Positions 14,101 to 25,737 of a stretch of DNA of 64,000 bases are shown in pieces; position 1 is the stretch's first letter, and each line of letters opens with the position of its first letter. The stretch is from positions 248,001 through 312,000 of the forward strand of contig VJWM01000144.1 of the NCBI GenBank assembly GCA_010909165.1. The letters run 5' to 3'. The position numbers and the translations under genes are program-made. The notes below the pieces were generated by a model. That model made no database searches. It saw only the letters and a list, made by a program, of their open reading frames with translations, and was not told where the DNA came from. The DNA is from Anthoceros angustus. Its lineage: Eukaryota > Plantae > Anthocerotophyta.

Positions 14101-14340
14101 TGACCAGGCTCGCGTTTTTGGTCCTTCACCCCGCTCGGGCGTAGATGACGTCCCACGCCGTTGTCTCCGCCATCCGACCCTCCCACCCATGGAGGAACTT
14201 ACCCTTAACTTGCCCACCGCGCTTCCTCCCTCTTGTTCCATTGCCGTCGGAAGCCTTGAGAGGCAAATCAAAGTCCTCCTCCTCCTTTCCCCGGCATCTT
14301 CAAGAAGTCGAGACTTTGCCAGCTCTTTCACCGCCGCCAC
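11147..14340 (-). pseudogene. TnpA-like (Ptta/En/Spm, Transposase_24-type) ORF of the CACTA element, fragmented and internally triplicated
   Basis: Minus-strand reading LKFWRNNVRKEARYFLQGQKAHPKYVPKSVKQESWEAF..EQDKM..AKNAMRRSKEVGSNSY resembles TnpA-type motifs. Upstream SRGPRGKG and an acidic tract. The C-terminal ORF is 11147-11599. Confidence 0.6.
11680..13122. repeat. Tandem triplication of a ~480-bp unit
   Basis: CGCCCGCCATATCCAAAACATGCATAGC recurs at ~11685, ~12170 and ~12648. Confidence 0.9.
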
Positions 14341-17300
14341 TTGCCCTTGAGCTCTCCGTGGCCGAGCAATTCGCGCCGCTTCGAGTTCCGTGAATTCTGA
14401 TTTGGGTCCAGCCTAGTCCGTCCGTCCACCGTGGCCTCCACAGCAGCATCTCCTGCTACTAATGCCGCTGTCGCCAGGCGCCGGGTCTCGAAATCGGGCT
14501 CCGCTCGCAGTTGAATCTTCCTCGTCGTTTTAGGCATCTACGACACAAGACTGGCTGTGATTCACGGGAGCTTTGGAAAGGTCAGCTTACAGATTGGGCG
14601 GAGGAAAAAAAAGGAGAACATACCTCAACCTTAGCCGGTTTAGACCACGCTTGCTGATGTGTCCTCCAGTCTGGCGCCTGATCTGCGTAGTAAGAATTTC
14701 AAAGTAGGGTTGTCACGGCGGTGTGCTTGAAACCCTGGCGAGAATTGCAGAGCAAGGGAGAAGAGAGGACGAACAAAGTCACATGGACTTCGTCTCAGAT
14801 CAGAACGAAAGACAAGTTTCATTTCGGGATGTAACATGGCGGAAACCAACTCAAACTACAGGTTTATTATCCATTATTTACGGTCCATATATAGGCGTAA
14901 GTGTCCTTGGCCTTTGGTACCCAAGTTCACCATCCGACCCAAACTCGGCTTTGAAGCCCAAGGAGTCATTATTTGCTTTTTCAAGTCCAAGGAAAAGTTT
15001 TGCAATTTTCATGAGCCAAGGAAACCCATTTCATCGCGAGCCTATATAGGCCATGTAATTGCTTTTCACCCTAAGTCCAATCCGAGGCGTGAGTGTCCTT
15101 GGATTTGGTGCCCATGGCAACTTCACCATCCGACCACCACGGCCCAAGCCCAAGGAAATGTTATTTGAATTTTCGATGGGTTTTGTTAACCATGGTTCGT
15201 CAAACCATGGATTCACGAACTCAAAGTCCAAGGAAACTCGTCGACCCTAAAGTGTCCTGTCTCGACCACTTGAGAGCAAGATCGGCGGGCACTTTCACCG
15301 CCGCCACTTGCCCTTGAGCTCTCCGTGGCCGAGCAATTCGCGCCGCTTCGAGTTCCGTGAATTACTGACGGTTGGGTCCGGCCTAGTCCGTCCGTCCACC
15401 GTGGCCTCCACAGATCTCCTGCTACTAATGCTGCCGCCAGCGGGTCTCGAATCGGGCTCGCTCGCTTGAATCTTCCTCGTCGTTTTAGGCATCTCGACAC
15501 AAGACCGGGCTGTGATTCACGGAGCTTTGGAAAGGTCAGCTTACAGATTGGGCGGAGGAAAAAAAAGGAGAACATACCTCAACCTTAGCCGGTTTAGACC
15601 ACGCTTGCTGATGTGTCCTCCAGTCTAGCGCCTGATCTGCGTAGTAAGAATTTCAAAGTAGGATTGTCACGGCGGTGTGCTTGAAACCCTGCGACTGAGA
15701 ATTGGTACAGAACAAGGGAGAAGAGAGGACGAACAAAGTCACATGGACTTCCTCTAGGGCAGAACGCAGACAAGTTTCATTTCGGGATGTAACATGGCGG
15801 AAACCAACTCAAACTACAGTGGTTTATTATCCATTATTTACGGTCCATATATAGGCGTAAGTGTCCTTGGCCTTTGGTACCCAAGTTCACCATCCGACCC
15901 AAACTCGGCTTTGAAGCCCAAGGAGTCATTATTTATTTGCTTTTTCAAGTCCAAGGAAAAGTTTTGCAATTTTCATGAGCCAAGGAAACCCATTTCATCG
16001 CGAGCCTATATAGGCCATGTAATTCTTTCTTTCACCCTAAGTCCAATCCGAGGCGTGAGTGTCCTTGGAGTTTGGTGCCCATGGCAACTTCACCATCCGA
16101 CCACCACGGCCCAAGCCCAAGGAAATGTTATTTGAATTTTCGATGGGTTTTGTTAACCATGGTTCGTCAAACCATGGATTCACGAACTCAAAGTCCAAGG
16201 AAACTCGGTCGACCCTAAAGTGTCCTGTCTCTGACCACTTGAGAGCAAGATCGGCCGGGCACTTTCATCAGATACGTGTTCGGGCACGCCGATCAGATCC
16301 AAGCTCAGGCACGCCGCAGCCATGTGGCAGTGTAACGCCTGTTTGCATTTGGGTGCACATGGCATGCTGCCATTGGTCACACTTGGACACCATAGGGGGC
16401 CCCCGCCGCCCATCCTCCTCGTCGATGCCGAGCCCAATTCGGACAAGGTTGCGCACACATTATCGGCAAGCGGCGCTCATGATTCGCAAGTCAAGGATAT
16501 TTTAACCAAACCCTAACTCAAGTTTTCCTTGGGCTTGGTGTAACCAAACCCTAACTCATGTTTCCCATGGGTTATGGTGTACCCTAACCCTAACCCGAAA
16601 GCCAAGGAGACTTGGGTTTCCATGGCTATATATGCCTCCATGGCCGGGATATGTAACTAGGGTTTATGGTTTGACCGAAACGAATCTTGTTGACCACTCG
16701 ATTTCGCACACCATCCGGCTCTCGATTACATCACTTGTCTAAAGGCACGGGCATTTCATATGGAATGCACGTCATTGAATCCACTCGCCGCTGGTGCATC
16801 CATTAGTGCGGATGGGCATAAATGGAGGCATTGCTTGTTTGGCACACTCGACTCGGCTCGGATTTGCATGGTGCGTTTGGTCTTCCCACGAAGCCCGAAT
16901 CCAGGCCTTCTTATTCTGTCCTCCTAGATTTGCATGAAGCGCGCCTTAAGCCCATCCTTGCCCTCGCGCCGCAAAGGTGAATTTTTTGCTCGCTGACGTG
17001 CTTCATGGTTCCGCGCTAACTGCTCCTCACAACGGCTTTCGAAACGGCGCGAGGGCAAGGAAGAACGGCTTCCCAATGTCTGGAGGAAATGGCCCCAGCA
17101 ATCCGGATGGCAGCTGGGCGGCGGAGTGCCTAGAGATTTATCGCCAGACATGGGAGCAGGCCTGGTCGAATCGGAGGCTTCGGCGACCCACACATCGATG
17201 AGGATGCGACGCTTCCCCCAATCTGGAGGCCTTGGATTTCAAGAGGCGGGTAATGGAGATGGGCGATGCTTCATGGAAATTATTGCCTCCTGAGGCTCCC

Positions 17301-19120
17301 CGAGAGCGCCCGGACCTAGGTTGTGGCTTCCTTGATTGGATTGAAGCACAACGACACTTTTGCAAGTCTACTACAGAGTCGCCAACGCGATGTGTCCTCC
17401 ATCGCGATCTGCGTAGTAAGAATTTCAAAGTAGGGTTGTCACGGTGTGCTTGAAACCCTGGCGAGAATTAGTAGAACAAGGGAGAAGAGAGGACGAACAA
17501 AGTCACATGGACTTCGTCTCGGTGGCCGATACAAGTTTCATTTCGGGATGTAACATGGCGGAAACCAACTCAAACTACAGGTTTATTATCCATTATTTAC
17601 GGTCCATATATAGGCGTAAGTGTCCTTGGCCTTTGGTACCCAAGTTCACCATCCGACCCAAACTCGGCTTTGAAGCCCAAGGAGTCATTATTTGCTTTTT
17701 CAAGTCCAAGGAAAAGTTTTGCAATTTTCATGAGCCAAGGAAACCCATTTCATCGCGAGCCTATATATAGGCCATGTAATTGCTTTCACCCTAAGTCCAA
17801 TCCGAGGCGTGAGTGTCCTTGGATTTGGTGCCCATGGCAACTTCACCATCCGACCGACCACGGCTCCGAAGCCCAAGGAAATGTTATTTGAATTTTCGAT
17901 GGGTTTTGTTAACCATGGTTAACCATGGTTCGTCAAACCATGGATTCACGAACTCAAAGTCCAAGGAAACTCGTCGACCCTAAAGTGTCCTGTCGACCAC
18001 TTGAGAGCAAGATCGGCGGGCACTTTCACGATCGTGTTGAGCACGATCGAGATCAAGCTCGAGCACGCGCAGCCATGTGGCGTGCTTGCATTTGGGTGCA
18101 CATGGCATGCGCCATTGGTCACACTTGACACCATAGGGGCCCCGCGCGCCATCCTCCTCGTCGATCTGAGCCCAATTCCGGAGTATTGCGCACACATTAT
18201 CGGCAAGCGGTTTCCGATGATTACGGCAAGAAGGATATTTTAACCAAACCCTAACTCAAGTTTTCCTTGGGCTTGGTGTAACCAAACCCTAACTCATGTT
18301 TCCCATGGGTTATGGTGTACCTAACTAACCGAAAGCCAAGGAGACTTGGGTTTCCATGGCTATATATGCCTCCATGGCGGGATATGTAACTAGGGTTTAT
18401 GGTTTGGTGGAAAGCGAATCTTGTTGACCACTCGATTTCGCACACCATCACGGCTCTCGATTACATCACTTGTCTAAAGGCAGCGGGCATTTCATATGGA
18501 ATGCACGTCATTGAATCCACTCGGTTTCTCGGCGTGGCGAGCATCCATTAGTGCGGATGGGCATAAATGGAGGCATTGCTTGTTTGGCACACTCGACTCG
18601 GCCGGTTGCATGGTGCGTTTGGTCTTCCCACGAAGCCCGAATCCAGCCTTCTTATTTTGTCCTCCTAGATTTGCATGAAGCGCGCCTTAAGTTCTTCCTT
18701 GCCCTTGCCCTCGCGCCGCAAAGGTGAATTTTCTTTCGTGCTTCATGGTTCCTTCGCTCCTCACAGCTTTCGAGGCAAGGAAGAACGGCTTCCCAATGTC
18801 TGGAGGAAATGGCCCGCAATCGGATGGCGGCGGAGTGCCTAGATTTATCGCGGACATGGGAGCGAACTGGTCGAATCGGAGGCTTCCGGCGCGCGACCCA
18901 CACACGTCAGATGAGGATGCAGACCGGCTTCTGGCGCCCCAATCTACGGCGGAGGCCTTGGATTTCAAGAGGCGGGTAATGGAGATGGGGCGATGCTTCA
19001 TGGAAATTATTGCCCTCTCGGAGGCTCCCTGTCGAGAGCGCCCAGACCTAGGTTGTGGCTTCCTTGATTGGATTGAAGCACAACGACACTTTTTGCAAGT
19101 CTACTACAGAGCTGCTCAAC
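14326..19120. repeat. Duplicated blocks inside the CACTA element (A 14326-15290, A' 15291-16267, B 16268-17395, partial A ~17400-18027, B' 18028-19120)
   Basis: Near-identical blocks differing mainly by small indels; visible as repeated ORFs in the track. Confidence 0.88.
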
Positions 19121-19299
19121 GGCGATGTGGAGATGATCAGTAAGGAGGGAATTTTCAGCTTGTCCCCGCCTGTCGCAGGCCCCCTTTTGTTCTCGTTTTA
19201 CAGGTCGCCCTAGCCCAAGCCTTAACTGATGTACACGCCGGTTACCTCTACGATTTTTCTTTTTAGGGTAATAAGACGTGGTTTATCATCAAAACCCAT

Positions 19300-19741
19300 T
19301 CTAAATTAGTGCTGTTGTAAACGACCGGTACTCGTCGTAAAGAGTCTTGTTGTAAACTCTACAGGGGTGTAGTAAACTATGGGATGTTGTAAAATACCAT
19401 TGGCATGTTGTAAAAGAACCCGTTGTAATGGAGAAAGTCCTGTAGTAAATTGATGGCCCGTAGTAAACAAACATGCCATCGTTGTAACATCCATAAGCTC
19501 TGTTGTAAGTAACAAGTGCCCCGTAGTAAAATCCATTTTGTTTTGCCACGTCAGCTGTTGCGCCTTTGGCAAAACAAGCCTAGTAAAAGTGGGAATGAGG
19601 TTTAGTAAATTCGGGGCTATACTTGAAAATAATACATAGACTTGAAACGGTGCCTTCAATTGACGTAGTAAAATGGGCGACGTGGTAAAATGCACCCTGT
19701 TGTAAAGCGCAATTAGTAAAAGTACACTTTTCCTAGTAGTG
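19300..19741. repeat. Right subterminal repeat region of the CACTA element
   Basis: Dense GTAGTAAA/GTTGTAAA motifs, the mirror of the left end. Confidence 0.85.
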
Positions 19742-19744
19742 AAA

Positions 19745-20946
19745 TGACCTTCCTCTACGGCGACCTCAAACACAAGATCTACATGGAAATACCAAGGCAT
19801 ACAAGTTAAGGACAATACAATGCTCGGAATTACTAAAAGCACTTTACGGCCTCAAACAAAGTGCTCTTGAATGGTATGAAAAATTAGATGTCACCCTTCG
19901 TGACCTAGGCTTCACTAGACTAAGCTCGATAGCAATATCTATATCAATAGACTTAATGGTCATTTTATTGTTCTAGGCGTCACGTTGATGATATCGTACT
20001 AATGTCTAACTCAAAGCACGTCCTAGAAAACACTCGTAAAATGCTTGCTGAGCGATTCTCAATGACCACATGTCGAGAGCTTTCCTTTTGCCTAGGTATT
20101 CAAATTGTTAGAGATAGAAATGCTAGAAGTTTATTCATCCATCAGTCTAAATACATACAAGAGATTTTAGTTAAATACAAAATGATAGATTCTAAGCCTA
20201 TTTCTACACCCATGGAAACTAACCAAAAGCTAACTGAGGATGATGAACAAGAATATGATGCCAATGATCATAGCACCGATGAGGTGCCTTACTCTTCCGC
20301 CCTCGGAAGTTTAATGTATTTAATGGTCTGCACTAGACCAGACCTTGCATTTTCAGTGGGAGCTTTATCTAAGTTCTTATCCGCTCCTACTCAAGTTCAT
20401 TGGAAGGCAGTAAAGAGGATCTTCAGATATTTGAGAGCAACCCCAGATATGGGATTACTTTATCATTCTCAAATCCAACAGACCAACATCTACAACTCGA
20501 GGTTCAGCTGATGCCGATCACGGGCAATGTAGACAACAGAAAGAGCATAAGCGGCTATGTCTTCTTACTCGGCGGACAACAAACAATCTCACCCAATGTG
20601 GTTTAGTAAATTCGGGGCTATTTCGCTAACCCACGCATGCAAGGAAGGACTCTGGCAGCTTTACGAGCTTGCAGAGTTAGGAGAAATCCAGCAAATACCA
20701 AGACCCTTGCATTGCGACAATCAGGGGGCTATTTCGCTAACCTACAGCTCGAAATTCCACGCTCGAACAAAACACGTGGAGGTACAATTTCATTTTATAA
20801 GACAAGTCGTGAGCGATCGCAAATTTATAGTCCTCTACTGCCCAACGGAGATGATGACAGCAGATGTGCTAACAAAGGCACTCAGCAAAGTGAAGCACCA
20901 AGAACATTCCTTCAACATGGGATTAAGAAGCTTACCACATATATAA
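19745..20946 (+). pseudogene. Copia A pol, 3' part (RT and RNase H)
   Basis: FLYGDL; VPYSSALGSLMYLMVCTRPDLAFSVGALSKF; HWKAVKRIFRYL; LHCDNQGAISL...HARTKHVEVQFHFIRQ...TADVLTKAL. Confidence 0.95.
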
Positions 20947-20985
20947 TAGCTTAAGAAAGGTCATAGAACCTAAGAGCTAGGCGCT

Positions 20986-21185
20986 AAGTGGGAGTGTTAA
21001 CGATGTAGCACCTAGCCCTTAGGGCACGATTCACATAAAGCGTAACTTAATAGGCACATAACGAACGTCACGTGATTTGCATAACACATGACGCTTGGGC
21101 ACAACCTTGTGTATTTGAGCACTTCGCCATGCTTATTATTCAATCCATTCTGAACAATCGATCCGGTCCATATGCGACCTTCACA
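20986..21185 (+). repeat. PPT (20986-20994) and 3' LTR (20995-21185) of copia A
   Basis: AAGTGGGAG followed by TGTTAACG...TTCACA, then TSD AATGC. Confidence 0.95.
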
Positions 21186-21201
21186 AATGCATTGCTTAGT
21201 A

Positions 21202-21230
21202 TTAGGAACGGACGCGAGGAGGGGCGTCAT
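21202..21230 (-). mobile_element. Possible Helitron 3' terminus
   Basis: Minus strand reads hairpin GACGC-N8-GCGTC, then CGTTC-CTAA|T. The junction falls at A^T of the expected ATG in PPR NALLS-M. The stem is short and the other end was not found. Confidence 0.4.
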
Positions 21231-21499
21231 GACGAAACGGTCGAGGCCGTTAGGCCGAGATCGTGAGCCGCGGCGCCCGACGCGCCCGCCCCTCGGGCGT
21301 AAGGGAGCGCAGTCTGGGGCCGAGACGCTTCGCGCACCGAGGCGATAGCCGAGGTCCGTGAACTATTCAAAATCGTGTACACTAACCTCAAACAGTGCAA
21401 ACAACTCCTTTTGATTCTTCGATAGCTACAAACAAAGGCAAAAACAGGTTAATATTTTACCTCCATTTCAAGTCGAAGTAGATCCTGCTCGGAATGTAC

Positions 21500-22450
21500 C
21501 TTTCTGACTAATGTTAAGCAATGGCTGTGAAGATTTCCCACACTGCGGAAATGCGATTGTACGTTCTGGAAAGAGACCATCGTTAGAATTTTCATATTTT
21601 TATGAACAGGAAATCCTAATATTAACAGACCTTTTGAATGTTTCTCGTTGTTTCTGGATCTTCCATGAGGGACAACAAGTCTGTAGTTTTCAGCTCCTTA
21701 TTTTCAATGGCTTCGATATCTACATATTGCCAAAATACACTTCATATGAAGCAATTCACTTTAAAAAATTAATTAATCTAAAAGACTTACTCTTTGAATC
21801 TCCTGTGCTTGAGTGTTGGTGTAGACCCATCTTCATTGAGGATCGGTTGCCTTTGGATTTTGAAGGCTATGTTCCCAAATGGGAACATAGTTGTTCTTGA
21901 AATCTTGAACGCTTGTGGATACTGGTAATTACCCATCCATTTGCCATAATCAAGAAATTCCTTTGGCGGGCCATGTGTTGGAGCATAATCCTCGACTCCT
22001 CGATCTTTCTTTTTTTCGCTATAGAAACACAAACAAGAGTTTAATGAGCTAATGCATTGTATTAGTTTAATTTATAAATTAATTATGTGTTTAACCAACT
22101 CGTGGGTGATGCAAGCATTGTTGATGTTTCCGCCAATTGCTTCCATTTTGTCCTTGATTTCCTTCGCATACCGTCTCATGGCCCGTATACAAATTGTTCA
22201 AGAATTATATCTCACTAATATATGGCATCGCTAATGTGTTTGCATACCTCCAATAGTGATTGAATTGAGATTTGATGTCCGTTGAACCTTCTAACTAGAG
22301 TCATTGTTTCCAACTCTAACTCGAGCAGCTTGTTCAAAATTTTTCTTTATATCCTGCAAGTATAAGATGAGGGCACGCTGGAGTCCTTTAATCATTCATA
22401 CTACATGGTGTTTGAAACTTTTACCTTTTTATTTTCTCCAGCTTGGGGAG
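21500..22450 (-). CDS. Fragment of an unidentified spliced gene (duplicated at ~23060-24047)
   Basis: GT-AG bounded exons: 21631-21719 (IEAIENKELKTTDLLSLMEDPETTRNIQK) joins in phase to 21500-21565 (NVQSHFRSVGNLHSHCLTLVRK). An upstream exon ends at 21791 (…EFLDYGKWMGNYQYPQAFK…). Introns are AT-rich. Confidence 0.55.
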
Positions 22451-24047
22451 GCACTCGACAAAGTGAAGCACCAAGAACATTCCTTCAACATGGGATTAAG
22501 AAGCTTAGCACATATATAATAGCTTAAGAAAGGTCATAGAACCTAAGAGCTAGGCGCTAAGTGGGAGTGTTAGCATTATGTAGCACCTAGCCCTTAGGGC
22601 ACGATTCACATAAAGCGTAACTTAATAGGCACATAACGAACGTCACGTGGCGGTTACAACACATGACGCTTGGGCACAACCTTGTGTATTTGAGCACTTC
22701 GCTCGCCATGCTTATTATTCAATCCATTCCGAACAATCGATCCGGTCCATATGCGACCTTCACAAATGCATTGCTTAGTATTAGGAACGGACGCGAGGAG
22801 GGGCGTCATGGCACGGTCGAGGCCGTTAGGCCGAGATCGTTCGCCGCCGGGCGCGTCGTCCCTCGGGGGGCGGAGTCGGGGGCCGAGGCGCGCGCCCGCT
22901 CGCGAGGCCGAGGCGATAGCCGAGGTCTCTTAATTATTCAAAATCTTGTATACTAACCTCAAGCAGTGCAAACAACTCCTTTCGATTCTTCGATAGCTAC
23001 AAATAAAGGTAAACATAGGTTAATATTTTACCTCCATTTCAAGTCAAGTAGATCCCGCTTTCGGAATGTACCTTTCGACTAATGTTAAGCAATGGTGAAG
23101 ATTTCCCTGCTGAAATGCGATTATCGTTAGAAAGAGACCACCGTTAGAATTTTCATATTTTTATGAACAGGAAATCCTAATATTAACAGACCTTTTGAAT
23201 GTTTCTCGTTGTTTCTGGATCTTCCATGAGGGACAACAAGTCTAGTTTTCAGCTCCTTATTTTCAATGGCTTCGATATCTACATATTGCCAAAATACACT
23301 TCATATGAAGCAATTCACTTTAAAAAATTAATTAATCTAAAAGACTTACTCTTTTGAATCTCCTGTGCTTGAGTGTTGGTGTAGACCCATCTTCATTGAG
23401 GATCGGTTGCCTTTGGATTTTGAAGGCTATGTTCCCAAATGGGAACATAGTTGTTCTTGAAATCTTGAACGCTTGTGGATACTGGTAATTACCCATCCAT
23501 TTGCCATAATCAAGAAATTCCTTTGGCGGGCCATGTGTTGGAGCATAATCCTCGACTCCTCGATCTTTCTTTTTTTCGCTATAGAAACACAAACAAGAGT
23601 TTAATGAGCTAATGCATTGTATTAGTTTAATTTATAAATTAATTATGTGTTTAACCAACTCGTGGGTGATGCAAGCATTGTTGATGTTTCCGCCAATTGC
23701 TTCCATTTTGTCCTTGATTTCCTTCGCATACCGTCTCATGGCCCGTATACAAATTGTTCAAGAATTATATCTCACTAATATATGGCATCGCTAATGTGTT
23801 TGCATACCTCCAATAGTGATTGAATTGAGATTTGATGTCCGTTGAACCTTCTAACCAGAGTCATTGTTTCCAACTCTAATTGAGCAGCTTGTTCAAAATT
23901 TTTCTTTATATCCTGCAAGTATAAGATGAGGGCACGCTGGAGTCCTTTAATCATTCATACTACATGGTGTTTGAAACTTTTACCTTTTTATTTTCTCCAG
24001 CTTGGGGAGGCACTGCAAAGGAGCCAAGTCCTGTCATCCATGGATGT

Positions 24048-24311
24048 TGAAGGATCGTGTGGCGACAAGATGGTGGAAAGAGGAGAGGAGAGGAGGAAGC
24101 AAATGGATCTCTCACATTGAGATGAGGCTCGGGTATTTATACCTCCAACAGGCTTCCTAGGAAGCTCCACAAGAAGCCCCTAGGAAGGAGCACAAGAAGC
24201 TTCCTAGTGATTAGCTTCACCTAAACTAATGATACTTAATCGACACCTAACTTAGACTAAGTGTATTAGTCTAAGTACATTGGGCTTTAATACCCTTACA
24301 ACCTCCCACTT
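24048..24311 (-). repeat. 3' LTR and PPT of copia B
   Basis: Minus strand AAGTGGGAGGT followed by TGTAAGGG...CCTTCA. Confidence 0.92.
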
Positions 24312-24341
24312 AAAGGCCAATTTACCTTCGTGAAGAATGGA

Positions 24342-24800
24342 CTACCTCATGCTCCGTCCGAACTTGTGCAAATTGTCTAGAGAGTCCCTTGGTAAGAATA
24401 TCCGTAGGTTTTGGCTAGTGTGAACCTTGACAAGTTGTACCCTCTTGTCGTCCAACACCTCTCGAATAAAGTGATACTTCACATCCACATGTTTAGTCTT
24501 CGCTGAAACATCGGATTCTTTGCCAATTGATAGCACTGCTATCACAATGCAACACCGGCACAACCTTGATCCCCAAGTCTCCCACTAAACGAGCAAGCCA
24601 TATGGCTTCCTTGCAAGCCTCGATTCGCAACATACTCGGCCTCTGGTAGATAGCGTAATGCACGATCGCAAACGAGATCGCCATGAGATCGCCTCCAAAG
24701 GCACATGAAGACATAACTGATGTGGACCTCCTTTTGTCCATATCCTCGATAATCAAAGACCGTACCCAACCACACATGCATCTTCACTACCAAAACATAT
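24342..24800 (-). pseudogene. RNase H of copia B
   Basis: ACKEAIWLARLVGDLG; VLHCDS; AKTKHVDVKYHFIREVL. Confidence 0.92.
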
Positions 24801-25312
24801 TGTGGAACTGAATTTTGGTCACCCAAGACGCGGCAGGAGAGACCGACGCGATGAATAGTGGTTCAGTGGTAGGTAGGTAGGTAGGTCGATAGAAATGTAG
24901 GAAGATGGTAGGACGTCCGAGGGAGTTCGGACTTAATCGAATCGGGCACCAGGAGGTTCGATCGGTAGAAAGTATGGGTAGATAGAAGCATATATAGGCA
25001 TGATAGGTTCCAAAGTTCCTTGGACCATGGGGAGTAGGAATATTCGGGATAGGAAGTTCCTTGGCCTTGAATTATTTAGGTTCGCATGGCTATATATGCC
25101 AAAAAGGGCTAGTTAAGTTGTAGATGGAAAATGGCAGTTTTGAACCGACACGTGGCGCCAGAGGAGGAGCGCCATTAAGGCGATTTGCATGTACCGCAAC
25201 TCGGTTAGCTGTGGTTTTGAACGGGCGCTTTCAGCGAACCCGCAGTCGGCGCTGAGGGAGTAAGTGGAGTTGCGCTCGAAGAAGGAAGCAGTGAGCGGCC
25301 TCACGACCAAAG

Positions 25313-25479
25313 GAGGAAGGAGCACAAGAAGCTTCCTAGGAAGGAGCACAAGAAGCCCCTAGGAAGCTCCACAAGAAGCCCCTAGGAAGGAGCACAAGAA
25401 GCTTCCTAGGAAGGAGCACAAGAAGCTTCCTAGGAAGGAGGAAGCAAATGGATCTCTCTCACATTGAGATGAGGCTCGA
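25313..25479. repeat. Copia-B-LTR-derived tandem 22-24-bp repeats inserted in the gypsy 5' LTR
   Basis: About five GAAGC(T/C)(T/C)CTAGGAAG...CACAA units plus GGAAGCAAATGGATCTCTCTCACATTGAGATGAGG matching 24095-24210; absent from the 3' LTR. Confidence 0.85.
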
Positions 25480-25737
25480 GCGGAGGCGATTGTGTAGAGG
25501 CGCTCGAGGGGTGAGATGGCTACGACGCGAAGGCGAGCAAGGTGGAGAAGTTGAGGGGAGATTGAAGGGGCCAAGGCCACCTCTTAGTGGTTGCGTTGAG
25601 GCCGACTGCCGAGGAGCGCGGGAAGAACTCCCCTTGCTGCCTCACCCAAACCACCACCTCTTTGCTCTCCACTCTCTTAGCCCCGATAGATTACTCCAAT
25701 CTCTCCAATTTTGCTATCCTTGTGTGTGCTCTGTGCG

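Larger units (their letters stand above)
10567..19741. mobile_element. CACTA (En/Spm) DNA transposon inserted in the RT of copia A
   Basis: Left end CACATCTAGGAAAA; right end TTTTCCTAGTAGTG (reverse complement CACTACTAGGAAAA); 3-bp TSD AAA (10564-10566 and 19742-19744). RT reading resumes as ..FLYGDL after the element. Confidence 0.92.
6331..21185 (+). mobile_element. Ty1/copia LTR retrotransposon A (full length, with nested CACTA element)
   Basis: Paired ~200-bp TG...CA LTRs; 5-bp TSD AATGC (6326-6330 and 21186-21190); PBS and PPT; domain order gag-PR-INT-RT-RH. Confidence 0.96.
20876..24014. repeat. ~1.56-kb tandem duplication spanning the end of copia A, its 3' LTR (extra copy at 22568-22764) and the downstream flank
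   Basis: 20876-22455 is repeated at 22456-24014, with identical ORFs offset by ~1560 bp and junction microhomology GGCACT. Confidence 0.92.

Noticed and set aside
16500-16600. Interstitial telomere
   Set aside because: There are only a few dispersed AAACCCTA motifs, which fit telo-boxes better than an array.
22568-22764. Independent solo LTR insertion
   Set aside because: It has the same upstream RNase H/PPT and the same downstream flank as the 3' LTR, so it is part of a tandem duplication.
25313-25440. CRISPR-like short direct repeats
   Set aside because: The units are contiguous with no unique spacers, they derive from the copia B LTR, the context is eukaryotic, and there are no cas genes.
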